Source: a virus. From it: a stretch of DNA of 64,000 nucleotides. Position numbers and translations under genes: made by a program. How positions within the stretch are numbered: the stretch's first letter is position 1; every line of letters starts with the position of its first letter. This document shows positions 48,070 through 57,008 of the stretch, piece by piece. The notes under the pieces are model-generated. The model ran no database searches. It saw only the letters and a list, made by a program, of their open reading frames with translations, and had not been told where the DNA came from. Location of the stretch: positions 1-64,000 of the IMG/VR virus record IMGVR_UViG_3300017730_000002; one strand, 5' to 3'.

Positions 48070-48236
48070 AAAAAACAATTACATTATTAGAACTTATAAA
48101 AATTGTATTACCAGTTGTTACTGTTGTTACATTAGTATTAATTATGTCCAGTTGTGGAACGGGACAAGTAAGCTGTGATGCTTATGGTCAAAATGATATA
48201 GAATATGGGGACATATCAGAAGATGAAGCAAGCTGA
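48066..48236 (+). CDS. Small lipoprotein (56 aa), paralogue of 42728-42868
   Basis: MKKTITLL..LIMSSCGTGQVSCDAYGQ..; ATGA overlap with the previous gene. Confidence 0.7.
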   Translation: MKKTITLLELIKIVLPVVTVVTLVLIMSSCGTGQVSCDAYGQNDIEYGDISEDEAS

Positions 48237-48417
48237 AGCAGAGTACAAAGAGTTAGAGAATGATATCAGTACTGATGAGAAATCAAAAATGTACTGGAGT
48301 TCTAGAGAAAAGTATCGTTCATTAAAGTATGAATATACTATTCAAAGCTCTGTGCTTATATTAGTAGTGTTTGCTGCAGTAGCAGTAATTGCAAGTATTT
48401 TATTCGGAGGTGTGTAA
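48205..48417 (+). CDS. Small membrane protein
   Basis: C-terminal TM helix. Confidence 0.6.
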   Translation: MGTYQKMKQAEAEYKELENDISTDEKSKMYWSSREKYRSLKYEYTIQSSVLILVVFAAVAVIASILFGGV

Positions 48418-48443
48418 TGCACCTCCACAAATTATGATTAGAA

Positions 48444-49040
48444 ATGGCATATAAAAAAGAAAAAAGAGGTGCTTCATTAGTAGTGAATCACTTTGATAAT
48501 CAGTTAAATATTGTAGGTAACTACTTTAATAAGTGGGTACATCACGAGATTAACCTTGATGAAAAAAAGACTAAAATAGTAACAGGAACTCAAAAATATC
48601 AATATTTAGATAAACCAGTAGTCTGGAGAGACAAATGGTTAAAGAGTAAATTCATTAACTGTAAGCAACAGATTGACAACCAATTATGGTTTGTTGATTT
48701 TAATGCTTATGGATATCAAGTAAGCTTTACAGAAGAATTTGATGGCATTCATATTGGTGATGATTATTGGAATATTAAGAAATGTCAATTTCTTGGTAAA
48801 ATAGTCAGTAGACTTAATCAGTATCTAAAACAAGAGAAAGACAATGCTATTGTTTTACATCCAGATGCAAAAGAAACAAGGTGTATGATTAAGCCTGAAG
48901 TATTGGTCTCTTGTATTGAGTCAGTTAATAAGGATTTTCCTTATACACTGAAATCAAGAAGAGAATCATATGAACATGCTGAAAATATATTTGAGGTAAC
49001 TCAAGGTAGAGAGCCTGAGCTAGATGATTTACCGTTTTAA
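48444..49040 (+). CDS. Hypothetical protein with a DDLPF tail
   Basis: ORF track; SSB-like acidic C-terminal tip. Confidence 0.7.
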   Translation: MAYKKEKRGASLVVNHFDNQLNIVGNYFNKWVHHEINLDEKKTKIVTGTQKYQYLDKPVVWRDKWLKSKFINCKQQIDNQLWFVDFNAYGYQVSFTEEFDGIHIGDDYWNIKKCQFLGKIVSRLNQYLKQEKDNAIVLHPDAKETRCMIKPEVLVSCIESVNKDFPYTLKSRRESYEHAENIFEVTQGREPELDDLPF

Positions 49041-49092
49041 GAATTTTTTAAGTGGATAGGGTAAAGGTTGGAGATGTAATGTCTTCAGCCTT

Positions 49093-49548
49093 ATGCCTTT
49101 AAAAAACAAAATTATGCAGATAAAAAAAGTAGCTGTAAACATTACAGAAAGAGATATAACATCAATGGTTGAGACCATATGTAAAGAAACACAAAGTACA
49201 CAAAAAGCAAATGACATTGCAGATCTATTTACAGAACTTTTATTAAAGAGTACTGAAGCATCTACATTATTTGTGCAAATTATGCTTGGTAATGGTTTAC
49301 CACTAACATTGCGTGAAGGAGATGTAGTTAGATGTAAATGGGATAGGCTTAAAGTAGGACTAACAAATGCAGATGACACACTTGATAGACTTCACGAAAA
49401 TAATCTGATTAATGAAGATAATGAGGTTGTTTGTATGGTAAAATCATTCAGAGGTTATACAGAATATTTCCCATATACTGTGGAGTTTAAGTATGGAGAT
49501 GATCTATATGCATCTTGTAGTATGGGATTTGAAGATATACTATCATAA
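49093..49548 (+). CDS. Hypothetical protein
   Basis: ORF track; start may be 49114. Confidence 0.65.
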   Translation: MPLKNKIMQIKKVAVNITERDITSMVETICKETQSTQKANDIADLFTELLLKSTEASTLFVQIMLGNGLPLTLREGDVVRCKWDRLKVGLTNADDTLDRLHENNLINEDNEVVCMVKSFRGYTEYFPYTVEFKYGDDLYASCSMGFEDILS

Positions 49549-49840
49549 AACATTGCAAGCAGCTGTCATCGTAACTAAAATAAGGAGAGTTTAATAGTCC
49601 TTCCTTAGACACTGCTTGCATCTTATTAACCTGTAACTGACCCTTGAGTTTTAATTAACTATAGTCTGCGGTGGCTATGAGGGTCAGAACAGGTTTTAGT
49701 CATTATATTTTAGTCGAATATATGCTTGTAGCAAATAACAAAGGAAGAATTTTAACCCATTTTTCCTTTGTTAGCTATATAATGGCAATTTTTTTATTGT
49801 TGCATAGCCAACATATGAAAATTTATTGCGTAATTAGTAT

Positions 49841-50083
49841 ATGAATTATCAGTTACCTAATGGAAAAGTTATCTATATCTCTATAGAGGAGTACTTATCC
49901 TTGACTGATGAAGATATCCAGCATCTTATAGCATTAGACTACGGTGATGTAATTACTAATCCCTTCAGTGGATCAGCAGTAGACACTAAAGGTAAAGTAG
50001 AACCAACAGAACCCAGAGAGTTTTTAGATACGGGTGATGATGGTGAAACCTTTCCAGATATAAATCTATCAGATTTATCTTAA
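49841..50083 (+). CDS. Acidic hypothetical protein
   Basis: 'YQLPNGKVIYISIEEYL' N-terminus. Confidence 0.7.
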   Translation: MNYQLPNGKVIYISIEEYLSLTDEDIQHLIALDYGDVITNPFSGSAVDTKGKVEPTEPREFLDTGDDGETFPDINLSDLS

Positions 50084-50195
50084 TGTAATATGACTTATTA
50101 AAGTCCACTTACTTGCATTTGGCAATGTGCAAGTATAGTATCTAGTTGCCCAATTATTTATTTATTTATTTATTTATTTATCAAAACAATTCATT

Positions 50196-50675
50196 ATGAA
50201 TTCAAAAGTTAAAGTAGTAGCTAATGCTACAACAGGAGCGGTTGTTAATGTATCAGAGAACAACCCAGAGTATGGTTATATTAGATTAGAGCAAACTAAA
50301 GCTGTAATTGATGATAACGGATTTTTAAAGAATAGAAGTATTTCTACTTTATTGCAAGGTAATGTAGAAGACCTTAGATCTTTAGGATTTTTTGCAGGTC
50401 AAGAAGTTCCTGGTAAAATTTGCGTTCAAGAATCTTTAGAAGCATTTAGTTCTAAAAATCCTGAAAGAGATTTGAAAGTAGCGGGTGTTACAGGTATTGT
50501 ATGCAGACAAGGTGAGTCACCTATTTATCGCAAGACTGTTTATGATCCAACAGGTTCTAAAGTAGAATCTTTTGTTCAGCATGATAATGTTGCTGAGTTA
50601 AGAGCAGCATATGATGCTCAGAAAGCTACTAGTGAAGCTATTAAGCCTAATGCAGATTTCTCTATAGGAGGATAA
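50196..50675 (+). CDS. Conserved crAss-type protein (possible ssDNA-binding)
   Basis: 'NPEYGYIRLEQ..K.AG.TGIVC...PIYR..D..QH.N' motif; followed by a terminator. Confidence 0.55.
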   Translation: MNSKVKVVANATTGAVVNVSENNPEYGYIRLEQTKAVIDDNGFLKNRSISTLLQGNVEDLRSLGFFAGQEVPGKICVQESLEAFSSKNPERDLKVAGVTGIVCRQGESPIYRKTVYDPTGSKVESFVQHDNVAELRAAYDAQKATSEAIKPNADFSIGG

Positions 50676-50695
50676 TAAATTTTAATGGTTACAGA

Positions 50696-50722
50696 TAAAG
50701 GGTCAGCAATGGCCCTTTTTCT
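50696..50722 (+). terminator. Intrinsic terminator
   Basis: AAAGGGTCA-GCAA-TGGCCCTTTTT. Confidence 0.7.
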
Positions 50723-50753
50723 ATTTATGAATTTAATAAAAAACAAGTTGTAT

Positions 50754-51248
50754 ATGAGTTCGACTAAAAAACAAAAATTTGAGTACTCTGGAAAACTAGA
50801 AGAGTACCAGTTGTATAAGAAAAATACTTATACCAAATATGAAGCAGATCAATATTCACAATATCAAAACTTTCTTTATAAGAGAGCATTGTATGGTCTA
50901 AAGTCTTTACCAGCTGAAGAAGTAGCAAAGATGAGTAAGCAAAAGCAGATTAGAATACAAAGAGTTAACAGAAGAGCACAGCGTGTTCTTAATGAAGCAA
51001 AGCAAAGAAAAGTAATTAGTATTACTAATGGTTTATTTGCAAAATGGTTTCCTGATACAAAATTTACTAAGTTTATGCTTGGCAGTACTGAAACAGATTT
51101 CAAAGTAAGAAATACTCTAAATTTTAAAGATTTAAATATTGATAAACATGAAATAGTTCGTATATTTATTGAAGAAGGAATCTTAAGTTCAAACTTTTTA
51201 AGTTTAAGAAGAGATCCTAATCAGTTACCAAGATTAAAAAATGTATAG
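50754..51248 (+). CDS. Basic hypothetical protein
   Basis: ORF track; start corrected to MSSTKK. Confidence 0.65.
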   Translation: MSSTKKQKFEYSGKLEEYQLYKKNTYTKYEADQYSQYQNFLYKRALYGLKSLPAEEVAKMSKQKQIRIQRVNRRAQRVLNEAKQRKVISITNGLFAKWFPDTKFTKFMLGSTETDFKVRNTLNFKDLNIDKHEIVRIFIEEGILSSNFLSLRRDPNQLPRLKNV

Positions 51249-51441
51249 AAACCAAGAATTATCAGAAATAGACCAAGAGTTTTATGATTTTACTAAAGAT
51301 TTTGATTTAGAAGATTGGAGAACGGTTAGAACTGAAGATTATTGGTGGGTAGAGACTCCTATTGGTACTAAAAGACCAAGGAGTACCTATGAAAAGCTTG
51401 ATTTAATTAGGCATTACGTTAATAAAGGAGTGCCAAAATGA
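51241..51441 (+). CDS. Hypothetical protein
   Basis: ORF track; coupled to neighbours. Confidence 0.65.
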   Translation: MYRNQELSEIDQEFYDFTKDFDLEDWRTVRTEDYWWVETPIGTKRPRSTYEKLDLIRHYVNKGVPK

Positions 51442-51845
51442 AACCAAAGTTAAAAGAATGTGACGGTTGTCAAAAGATGACTGTTATATGGAAGAATCAT
51501 GAGGGTAATAGATACTGTAAATATTGCTGGAGTTGCCACAAAAGCAGTACTAACAAGCCAAAGAAACCAAACAAGTCTGTTATCCCTCGTGTTTCTGCCA
51601 AAAGAAAGAAGAAAGATGCTGAGTATCTTAAGTTAAGAGAAAGATATCTTATTGACAATTCCCTATGTAAAGTTAAAGTTCAAGGATGCAGTAGTAATGC
51701 TACTGATGTTCATCATACATATGCAGGCAGTAACCGTGATGCTTTTTATTTGGTTCAAAGTACATGGATTCCTGTTTGCAGGAATTGTCATAACTGGATC
51801 CACGAGCATCCAGAAGAAGCAAGAATTATGAATTATTTAAAATGA
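51438..51845 (+). CDS. HNH endonuclease with an N-terminal Zn finger
   Basis: CxxC..CxxC; 'C....C...ATDVHH..VCRNCHNWIH'. Confidence 0.8.
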   Translation: MKPKLKECDGCQKMTVIWKNHEGNRYCKYCWSCHKSSTNKPKKPNKSVIPRVSAKRKKKDAEYLKLRERYLIDNSLCKVKVQGCSSNATDVHHTYAGSNRDAFYLVQSTWIPVCRNCHNWIHEHPEEARIMNYLK

Positions 51846-52210
51846 AGTATATGACAAGCATCGTATTAAGAACATTAACAAAAAAGTCAAAATTAGGAGT
51901 TTGGAAAATTACTGATACTATACAAAATTTACTTGATAGAAAAGATAAAAGAAATCTTGTACAAGCTTACTTTAAATTGACTACAATTAACTATACTGAT
52001 GATATTCTCGATGAATTAGGAATAACATCTAAATGGAAGATTAAAAAACCAGGAGCAAATAAAGATTTATATTATGAGTTTTTAAAGGCAAATAACTGGA
52101 GTAGTGAAATGACTAGTAAAAAAAGTAGAGGAGGTAGGGCTGATAAACTTAAAGGAAAGAATATTCTTTTATCAAAAAGTTCATTACAAAGTAAAAATCA
52201 CGGAAGATGA
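51842..52210 (+). CDS. Basic hypothetical protein
   Basis: ORF track; ATGA coupling. Confidence 0.65.
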   Translation: MKYMTSIVLRTLTKKSKLGVWKITDTIQNLLDRKDKRNLVQAYFKLTTINYTDDILDELGITSKWKIKKPGANKDLYYEFLKANNWSSEMTSKKSRGGRADKLKGKNILLSKSSLQSKNHGR

Positions 52211-52458
52211 TACATCAAAAACAAGAAGCTAATACGAATTATCCAAAAGTAAAAGATGATGGGCAGAGATTAATAGATGCTCATTTAAAATTTGATTCAC
52301 CTTCTAAAAATGTAATAGGAGAAAAGTTGTACCCTAGAGAAGCATTGCAAGCAGCAATTGTAACAGCTAAAGAGTTAGCTAGTGCTACTGCAAAGGCTCA
52401 TTGGTATAAAGTGCTTACATATTTAGAAAATCAACAACAAATAAAATATGGTAGATAG
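52207..52458 (+). CDS. Hypothetical protein
   Basis: ORF track; ATGA coupling. Confidence 0.65.
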   Translation: MIHQKQEANTNYPKVKDDGQRLIDAHLKFDSPSKNVIGEKLYPREALQAAIVTAKELASATAKAHWYKVLTYLENQQQIKYGR

Positions 52459-53545
52459 AGATAAAGTACAAGCTGAAGCTCTAAAGAAAACTATAGGTAT
52501 TAACAGATGTGGTTTAGGATTGGCTACAGGTGTCGGTAAGACACTTGTAGCACTAAATCATCTGGAGAGTAACTATTCTCCATTGCTTAATATACTTGTA
52601 GTTGCACCAAAACTATCAATTTTTGATAGTTGGAGAGCAGAAGCAAGAAAATTTGATAAAGAAAAGTTATTGGTAAGAGCTACATTTACAACTTACTTAA
52701 GCTTAAATAAACAAAATCCCAAGGACTTTGATATTGTATATCTAGATGAATGCCATAGCTTATTAAATTCTCATAAAGAGTTTCTAAATGAGTATAATGG
52801 TAAGATTCTAGGTCTTACAGGCACACCGCCTAAATATCACAAATCTGAGAAAGGTGTGTTAGTAAATGAATTCTGTCCAATAGTATATGAATTTGTTACT
52901 GATAGTGCTGTAGATAATAATATTCTAAATGATTATCAGATAATTGTACATGAGCTTGAGTTAAGCACAAAGAATAATTATCTAGTAGAAATGAAGAATA
53001 AGAGTTTTAAGACTTCAGAACAAAAAAATTACGGTTATTGGTGTAACAGAATTGAAGCTGGTGCAGGGTCTATGCATATGCTGCGTATTATGAGAATGAA
53101 AGCTATGAAAGAATATCCCAGTAAAGAACAGTATGCTAAATTATTGTTTGAGAGTATTCAAGATAAATGCATAATGTTTGCTAATACCCAAGATCAAGCT
53201 GATAAATTATGTGAGCATAGCTATCATAGCAAGAATCCTGAATCTGAAGATAATCTTGAAATGTTTAAAGAAGGTACTATAAGTAAATTATCTTCTGTAA
53301 TGCAATTAAATGAAGGTGTAAACATTCCAAATTTAAGACAAGGAATTATTATGCATGCATATGGTAATGAAAGAAAGTCTGCTCAGAGGATAGGAAGGTT
53401 ACTGAGGCTTAATCCAGATGAAAAAGCTATAGTACATGTATTATGCTATAAACATACTGTAGATGAAAAATGGGTAAAGACTGCCTTAGAAGGTCTAGAT
53501 AGTTCCAAAATAGAATGGAAGAACTACAATGTTAACCTGGGTTAG
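52448..53545 (+). CDS. Superfamily 2 DExH helicase
   Basis: ATGVGKT, DECH, LTGTP, EGVNIP, QRIGRLLR. Confidence 0.92.
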   Translation: MVDRDKVQAEALKKTIGINRCGLGLATGVGKTLVALNHLESNYSPLLNILVVAPKLSIFDSWRAEARKFDKEKLLVRATFTTYLSLNKQNPKDFDIVYLDECHSLLNSHKEFLNEYNGKILGLTGTPPKYHKSEKGVLVNEFCPIVYEFVTDSAVDNNILNDYQIIVHELELSTKNNYLVEMKNKSFKTSEQKNYGYWCNRIEAGAGSMHMLRIMRMKAMKEYPSKEQYAKLLFESIQDKCIMFANTQDQADKLCEHSYHSKNPESEDNLEMFKEGTISKLSSVMQLNEGVNIPNLRQGIIMHAYGNERKSAQRIGRLLRLNPDEKAIVHVLCYKHTVDEKWVKTALEGLDSSKIEWKNYNVNLG

Positions 53546-53582
53546 ATAGCTATTATCTGCCCAAAAATTAGTATATTATTAT

Positions 53583-53837
53583 ATGGGTGAAGCTAAAACA
53601 CATAAGGTTATTTTGTATAATGATGACATACTCAGTTTTGATTATGTCACAGCATGCTTGATGGAGATATGTAATCATACACCTATTCAAGCAGAACAAT
53701 GTGCCCTTACAGCACATAATAATGGTAAAGTAACTATTATTTCTGGAGATTTTGATGAAATGTACAAAGTATTAGAAACACTGACCATGGTAAGTGTTGA
53801 AGTAGATATAGAAGCATATGAAAGCAATTTGTATTGA
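53583..53837 (+). CDS. clpS: ClpS-like protease adaptor
   Basis: 'VILYNDD..FDYV..L..IC.H...QAEQC...AHNNGK'. Confidence 0.8.
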   Translation: MGEAKTHKVILYNDDILSFDYVTACLMEICNHTPIQAEQCALTAHNNGKVTIISGDFDEMYKVLETLTMVSVEVDIEAYESNLY

Positions 53838-54159
53838 CAGTAGTAACAAGCCAGAAAACATTTCAGAATATGAATGGGTGGAAGAAGGTCGTGTATATAC
53901 TATTACTGAAGTAGTAGAAATGGGTTTGCAAAACGGTAAACTAGGAATTGCCTTAGAAGAAATACAGCTTACAGATGCTTCTGCTCCTTACAAGTATTAT
54001 TCTTTAGAAAGATTTTTATTAGTTCCTGAAAACTTAAGCATTAAGCTTAAAGAACTAAGTGATGAGGATATGAGAGATTGGCAAGAATCCAGTCTTAAAA
54101 CTATAGCTAAAGAAATAGATGCATATGAAGAAGATGCAGATTTGACAAATTCAATTTAA
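53818..54159 (+). CDS. Hypothetical protein (SH3-like beta barrel)
   Basis: 'KAICID..EEGRVYTI..LEEI..Y..ERF'. Confidence 0.65.
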   Translation: MKAICIDSSNKPENISEYEWVEEGRVYTITEVVEMGLQNGKLGIALEEIQLTDASAPYKYYSLERFLLVPENLSIKLKELSDEDMRDWQESSLKTIAKEIDAYEEDADLTNSI

Positions 54160-54173
54160 TTAACAAACAATTT

Positions 54174-54353
54174 ATGGGAGAAAGAATCTTTGAGGGATCA
54201 ATGATTCTGTTGGTAATATACTTTATAGTATCACAATGTATGGTATTATACTTTTGGTATTTACTTGCACAGAATCACGATTTCTTATACACATTATTTA
54301 TTGGGCCAGTTATAGCAGAGTATAAAGGTTTGCTATGGCCGTTTTTTATTTAA
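54174..54353 (+). CDS. Small membrane protein (59 aa)
   Basis: Manual translation MGERIFEGSMILLVIYFIV..LLWPFFI*. Confidence 0.55.
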   Translation: MGERIFEGSMILLVIYFIVSQCMVLYFWYLLAQNHDFLYTLFIGPVIAEYKGLLWPFFI

Positions 54354-54356
54354 AAT

Positions 54357-54836
54357 ATGCAAGATTACACAGACAAAGATGTACTACTAGCTCTTAAAAA
54401 AGTTATTCCTAGAGTTAGAACAAGAAAAAGAAGTTATTTAGATAAACGTAATTATCTAATATCTATATTGTATTATAAGTTTGAATATACTGAGGAGAAG
54501 ATCTCTAGTATGTTTAAGCTCACATGTGATCCTATGGACAGATCATCAGTATCACATGCTAAAAAACAACCAGGGAACTTTTCTAAAAATGAAGATGTAA
54601 AGTTTTTAATTCATACAGAAGAGCTTGTAAAAGAGTTTCCGTTTAATGTTCCTGAAGTAATTACAGAGGGTATAGAAAAGAATTTATATATACCCATGAG
54701 TTTAAAACAACATAGACGTATTACAACTTATTGTGAAAAGCATAACTATAGACAGAATCAAGCTATTAGAAAATTGCTAGACAGTGCTCTTAAAATTGAT
54801 GAAAGTGATTATACAGTAAGATTAGTAAAAGAATAG
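54357..54836 (+). CDS. DNA-binding protein (DnaA domain IV-like HTH plus possible RHH)
   Basis: 'R.R..LDKR..I..MF...DRSSVSHA' resembles the DnaA RDHSTVIHA motif. Confidence 0.5.
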   Translation: MQDYTDKDVLLALKKVIPRVRTRKRSYLDKRNYLISILYYKFEYTEEKISSMFKLTCDPMDRSSVSHAKKQPGNFSKNEDVKFLIHTEELVKEFPFNVPEVITEGIEKNLYIPMSLKQHRRITTYCEKHNYRQNQAIRKLLDSALKIDESDYTVRLVKE

Positions 54837-54838
54837 TT

Positions 54839-55054
54839 ATGGGACATATGAAAAATTTATACATAGATATATGTAATGCAAATGATGGTGTTCTTCCAAA
54901 AGAACTTACCATAGAAGATGCAAATAGAATGCATGAGTGGAAAATATTTAATTGGACAGAGTATGTACAGAAATTTGATAAGGAAATTAAAGACAAGAAA
55001 TTTGACATCATCACTGATACGCGAGAAAATAAGAAAGAAGAAGAATTATTCTAG
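54839..55054 (+). CDS. Hypothetical protein
   Basis: ORF track. Confidence 0.65.
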   Translation: MGHMKNLYIDICNANDGVLPKELTIEDANRMHEWKIFNWTEYVQKFDKEIKDKKFDIITDTRENKKEEELF

Positions 55055-55062
55055 AGTAAACA

Positions 55063-55905
55063 ATGAGTGCGGAAATTAAGCATCAAAATACTAAAACCCT
55101 AGTTACCAAAGACAATAATAATAGTGCAAATTGCATAGCTCCTAACCTAGTATATGGTTGTTTTGGAGGCTGTGTAGATACCTATTGTTATATGTCCAGG
55201 TATAATGGTCATAGAGTATTTGTAAATGAGAATGTAGATGATATATTTAACTCTGTTGTAGAGTGGGAGAAAGGTTTTACCAAGGTCCCTGATCAGCAGG
55301 ATCCAATATATACCATGGTAGATGTTGCATGTAATACTGATTTAGTGCTAATGCAGCGTTATTTACCTGAACCATTGATAGATTATCTCAAAAGATATGA
55401 TAATCACCCTACCTTGAATTCAACTATGGCAACTAAGTATCCTAGTTTGTTGAAACTTGACGTCAAAAAGTTCAACAAAAAACCAAGGGTAAGAGTTAGT
55501 CTTATGCCACAAAGGTTTGCAGACGTGTTGGAGCCTAAGATGCAAAAGGTTGCAAGAAGGATTCCTGAGATCAATAGACTTAAAGACCTTGGGTGGGAAG
55601 TGCACGTTAACTATAGTCCTCTTGTTTTCTACAAGAAATGGAAAGAAGACTACAGTGAGTTGTTTAAGATGGTAAAGGATGCAGCAGGAGTAAATAAATG
55701 TGAGGTAATTGCATTAACTAATCATGCTAATCAAATGGCAAGGTCTTCTGATGCGGCCAGAGAATTAATGAGCCTTAGCTATGAAGTAAAAAATAGCTCA
55801 GGTGTTATGAGGTATCCTTTGAAACATAAAACAAGGTTACTTGAGGAGTTTAAAGAACTATACTCACAGTACTTTGATTTAGACACAATAAGGTATATTT
55901 TCTAA
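55063..55905 (+). CDS. Spore photoproduct lyase-like radical SAM protein
   Basis: 'SANCIAPN..GCFGGCVDTYCYM.R', 'DVACNTD', 'ATKY', 'RVRVSLMPQ', 'GWEVHVNYSP'. Confidence 0.8.
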   Translation: MSAEIKHQNTKTLVTKDNNNSANCIAPNLVYGCFGGCVDTYCYMSRYNGHRVFVNENVDDIFNSVVEWEKGFTKVPDQQDPIYTMVDVACNTDLVLMQRYLPEPLIDYLKRYDNHPTLNSTMATKYPSLLKLDVKKFNKKPRVRVSLMPQRFADVLEPKMQKVARRIPEINRLKDLGWEVHVNYSPLVFYKKWKEDYSELFKMVKDAAGVNKCEVIALTNHANQMARSSDAARELMSLSYEVKNSSGVMRYPLKHKTRLLEEFKELYSQYFDLDTIRYIF

Positions 55906-56052
55906 GTTTATTAAGTTTATTAAGTTTATTAGTGCTGCTGATGTACACAGTTCTGGATTAGGTCGTGATAAGATATACGTAATGTGAATCCTAGTAGCTC
56001 AAAATACCTGAAATATAGGTGGCGGGGCCTAAAGTTAAAGCACTAATAATTT

Positions 56053-56126
56053 GCACCCATAGCTCAGATGGATAGAGCAACTGCCTTCTAAGCAGTAGGT
56101 CTTAGGTTCGACTCCTAATGGGTGTA
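56053..56126 (+). tRNA. tRNA-Arg (anticodon UCU)
   Basis: Cloverleaf: acceptor GCACCCA/TGGGTGT, D-arm GCTC/GAGC, anticodon ACTGC-CT-TCT-AA-GCAGT, T-arm TTAGG-TTCGACT-CCTAA; CCA not encoded. Confidence 0.95.
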
Positions 56127-56128
56127 CT

Positions 56129-56412
56129 AAGGGTGTTACTCCACAACGGCAATGTTATGTTAAGGTCTAGGAAGTGTAGTAGAGGTGAGCTTGAAAACGT
56201 AACAGTTACAAGTTGAATTCTCTTGTTCAAGCATGGAGACAGATGAGCAACCCGCGGGGGAAATGGAGGCAAAGTGTATTGACCTATTTGGTAATAGAAT
56301 AGGCATAGAGCCGAATACACAGTATTATACTAACATGGAAGTAAACGTCTATGGAAAAAGATTTGTGAAAGCAACTAGGTGGAGGTAAGTGCTCTAGTAT
56401 AATACTACCCTT
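56129..56412 (+). ncRNA. Candidate structured RNA (~285 nt) directly 3' of the tRNA
   Basis: AAGGGT/ACCCTT closing stem, a perfect 12-bp helix 56321-56332/56395-56406 and further stems; ends in a T-tract. Confidence 0.55.
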
Positions 56413-56640
56413 TTTATTAATTTTTATGAGTATGAATGAAGCATATGATTTACTGAGAGATTTAGAAATATTAATTCGTGATGGTAAAGACATCAAGAAA
56501 CAATTAATACTTATTGCAAGTATTAGAATATTAATGAAAGAAGCTGAAAATGGGAACTAATATAGCAGATTGGATGGAGCATTGGGATCATTTTGATAGA
56601 GATTTGTATATAGCTTATCTTATAGCAAAACAAAATAAAG

Positions 56641-56793
56641 ATGAGTAAGTCAAGGTATAAAATGCCATGGGGTAAATATAAAGGAAAGTCATTAAGTGAT
56701 ATACCTTTTAATTACCTAAGATGGTTATCTGAACAAGATTATAGCCCAAAACAAGTGAAAGCTTGGGTAAAAAGACATAAAGATTTTATTTAA
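56641..56793 (+). CDS. DUF3820-like mini-protein (50 aa)
   Basis: Manual translation ..KMPWGKYKGKSLSDIPFNYLRWL.. Confidence 0.75.
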   Translation: MSKSRYKMPWGKYKGKSLSDIPFNYLRWLSEQDYSPKQVKAWVKRHKDFI

Positions 56794-56813
56794 TAAATTA
56801 AAAACCAAAAAAG

Positions 56814-57008
56814 ATGGCAATAGACAATGAAACTTTTGAACATTTTAGAGAACTAAAAAGAAAAAAAGAAGAAGCTGAAAATAAAACAATACTTCAAGAA
56901 GTTATTCAATTTTTAATTGATAATGAACAATATGGAGATGATTGGAAAAAACATATTGATCTTCTTCAAAAAATTAGTGATAAAATAAAAATTGCAGAAA
57001 ATGATTAG
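56814..57008 (+). CDS. Hypothetical protein
   Basis: ORF track. Confidence 0.65.
   Translation: MAIDNETFEHFRELKRKKEEAENKTILQEVIQFLIDNEQYGDDWKKHIDLLQKISDKIKIAEND

Noticed and set aside
55926-56412. tmRNA, RNase P or hammerhead identity for the tRNA-flanking structures
   Set aside because: No tmRNA T-arm/CCA end, no RNase P GAGGAAAGUCC motif, and CTGATGT does not match the hammerhead CUGANGA core.
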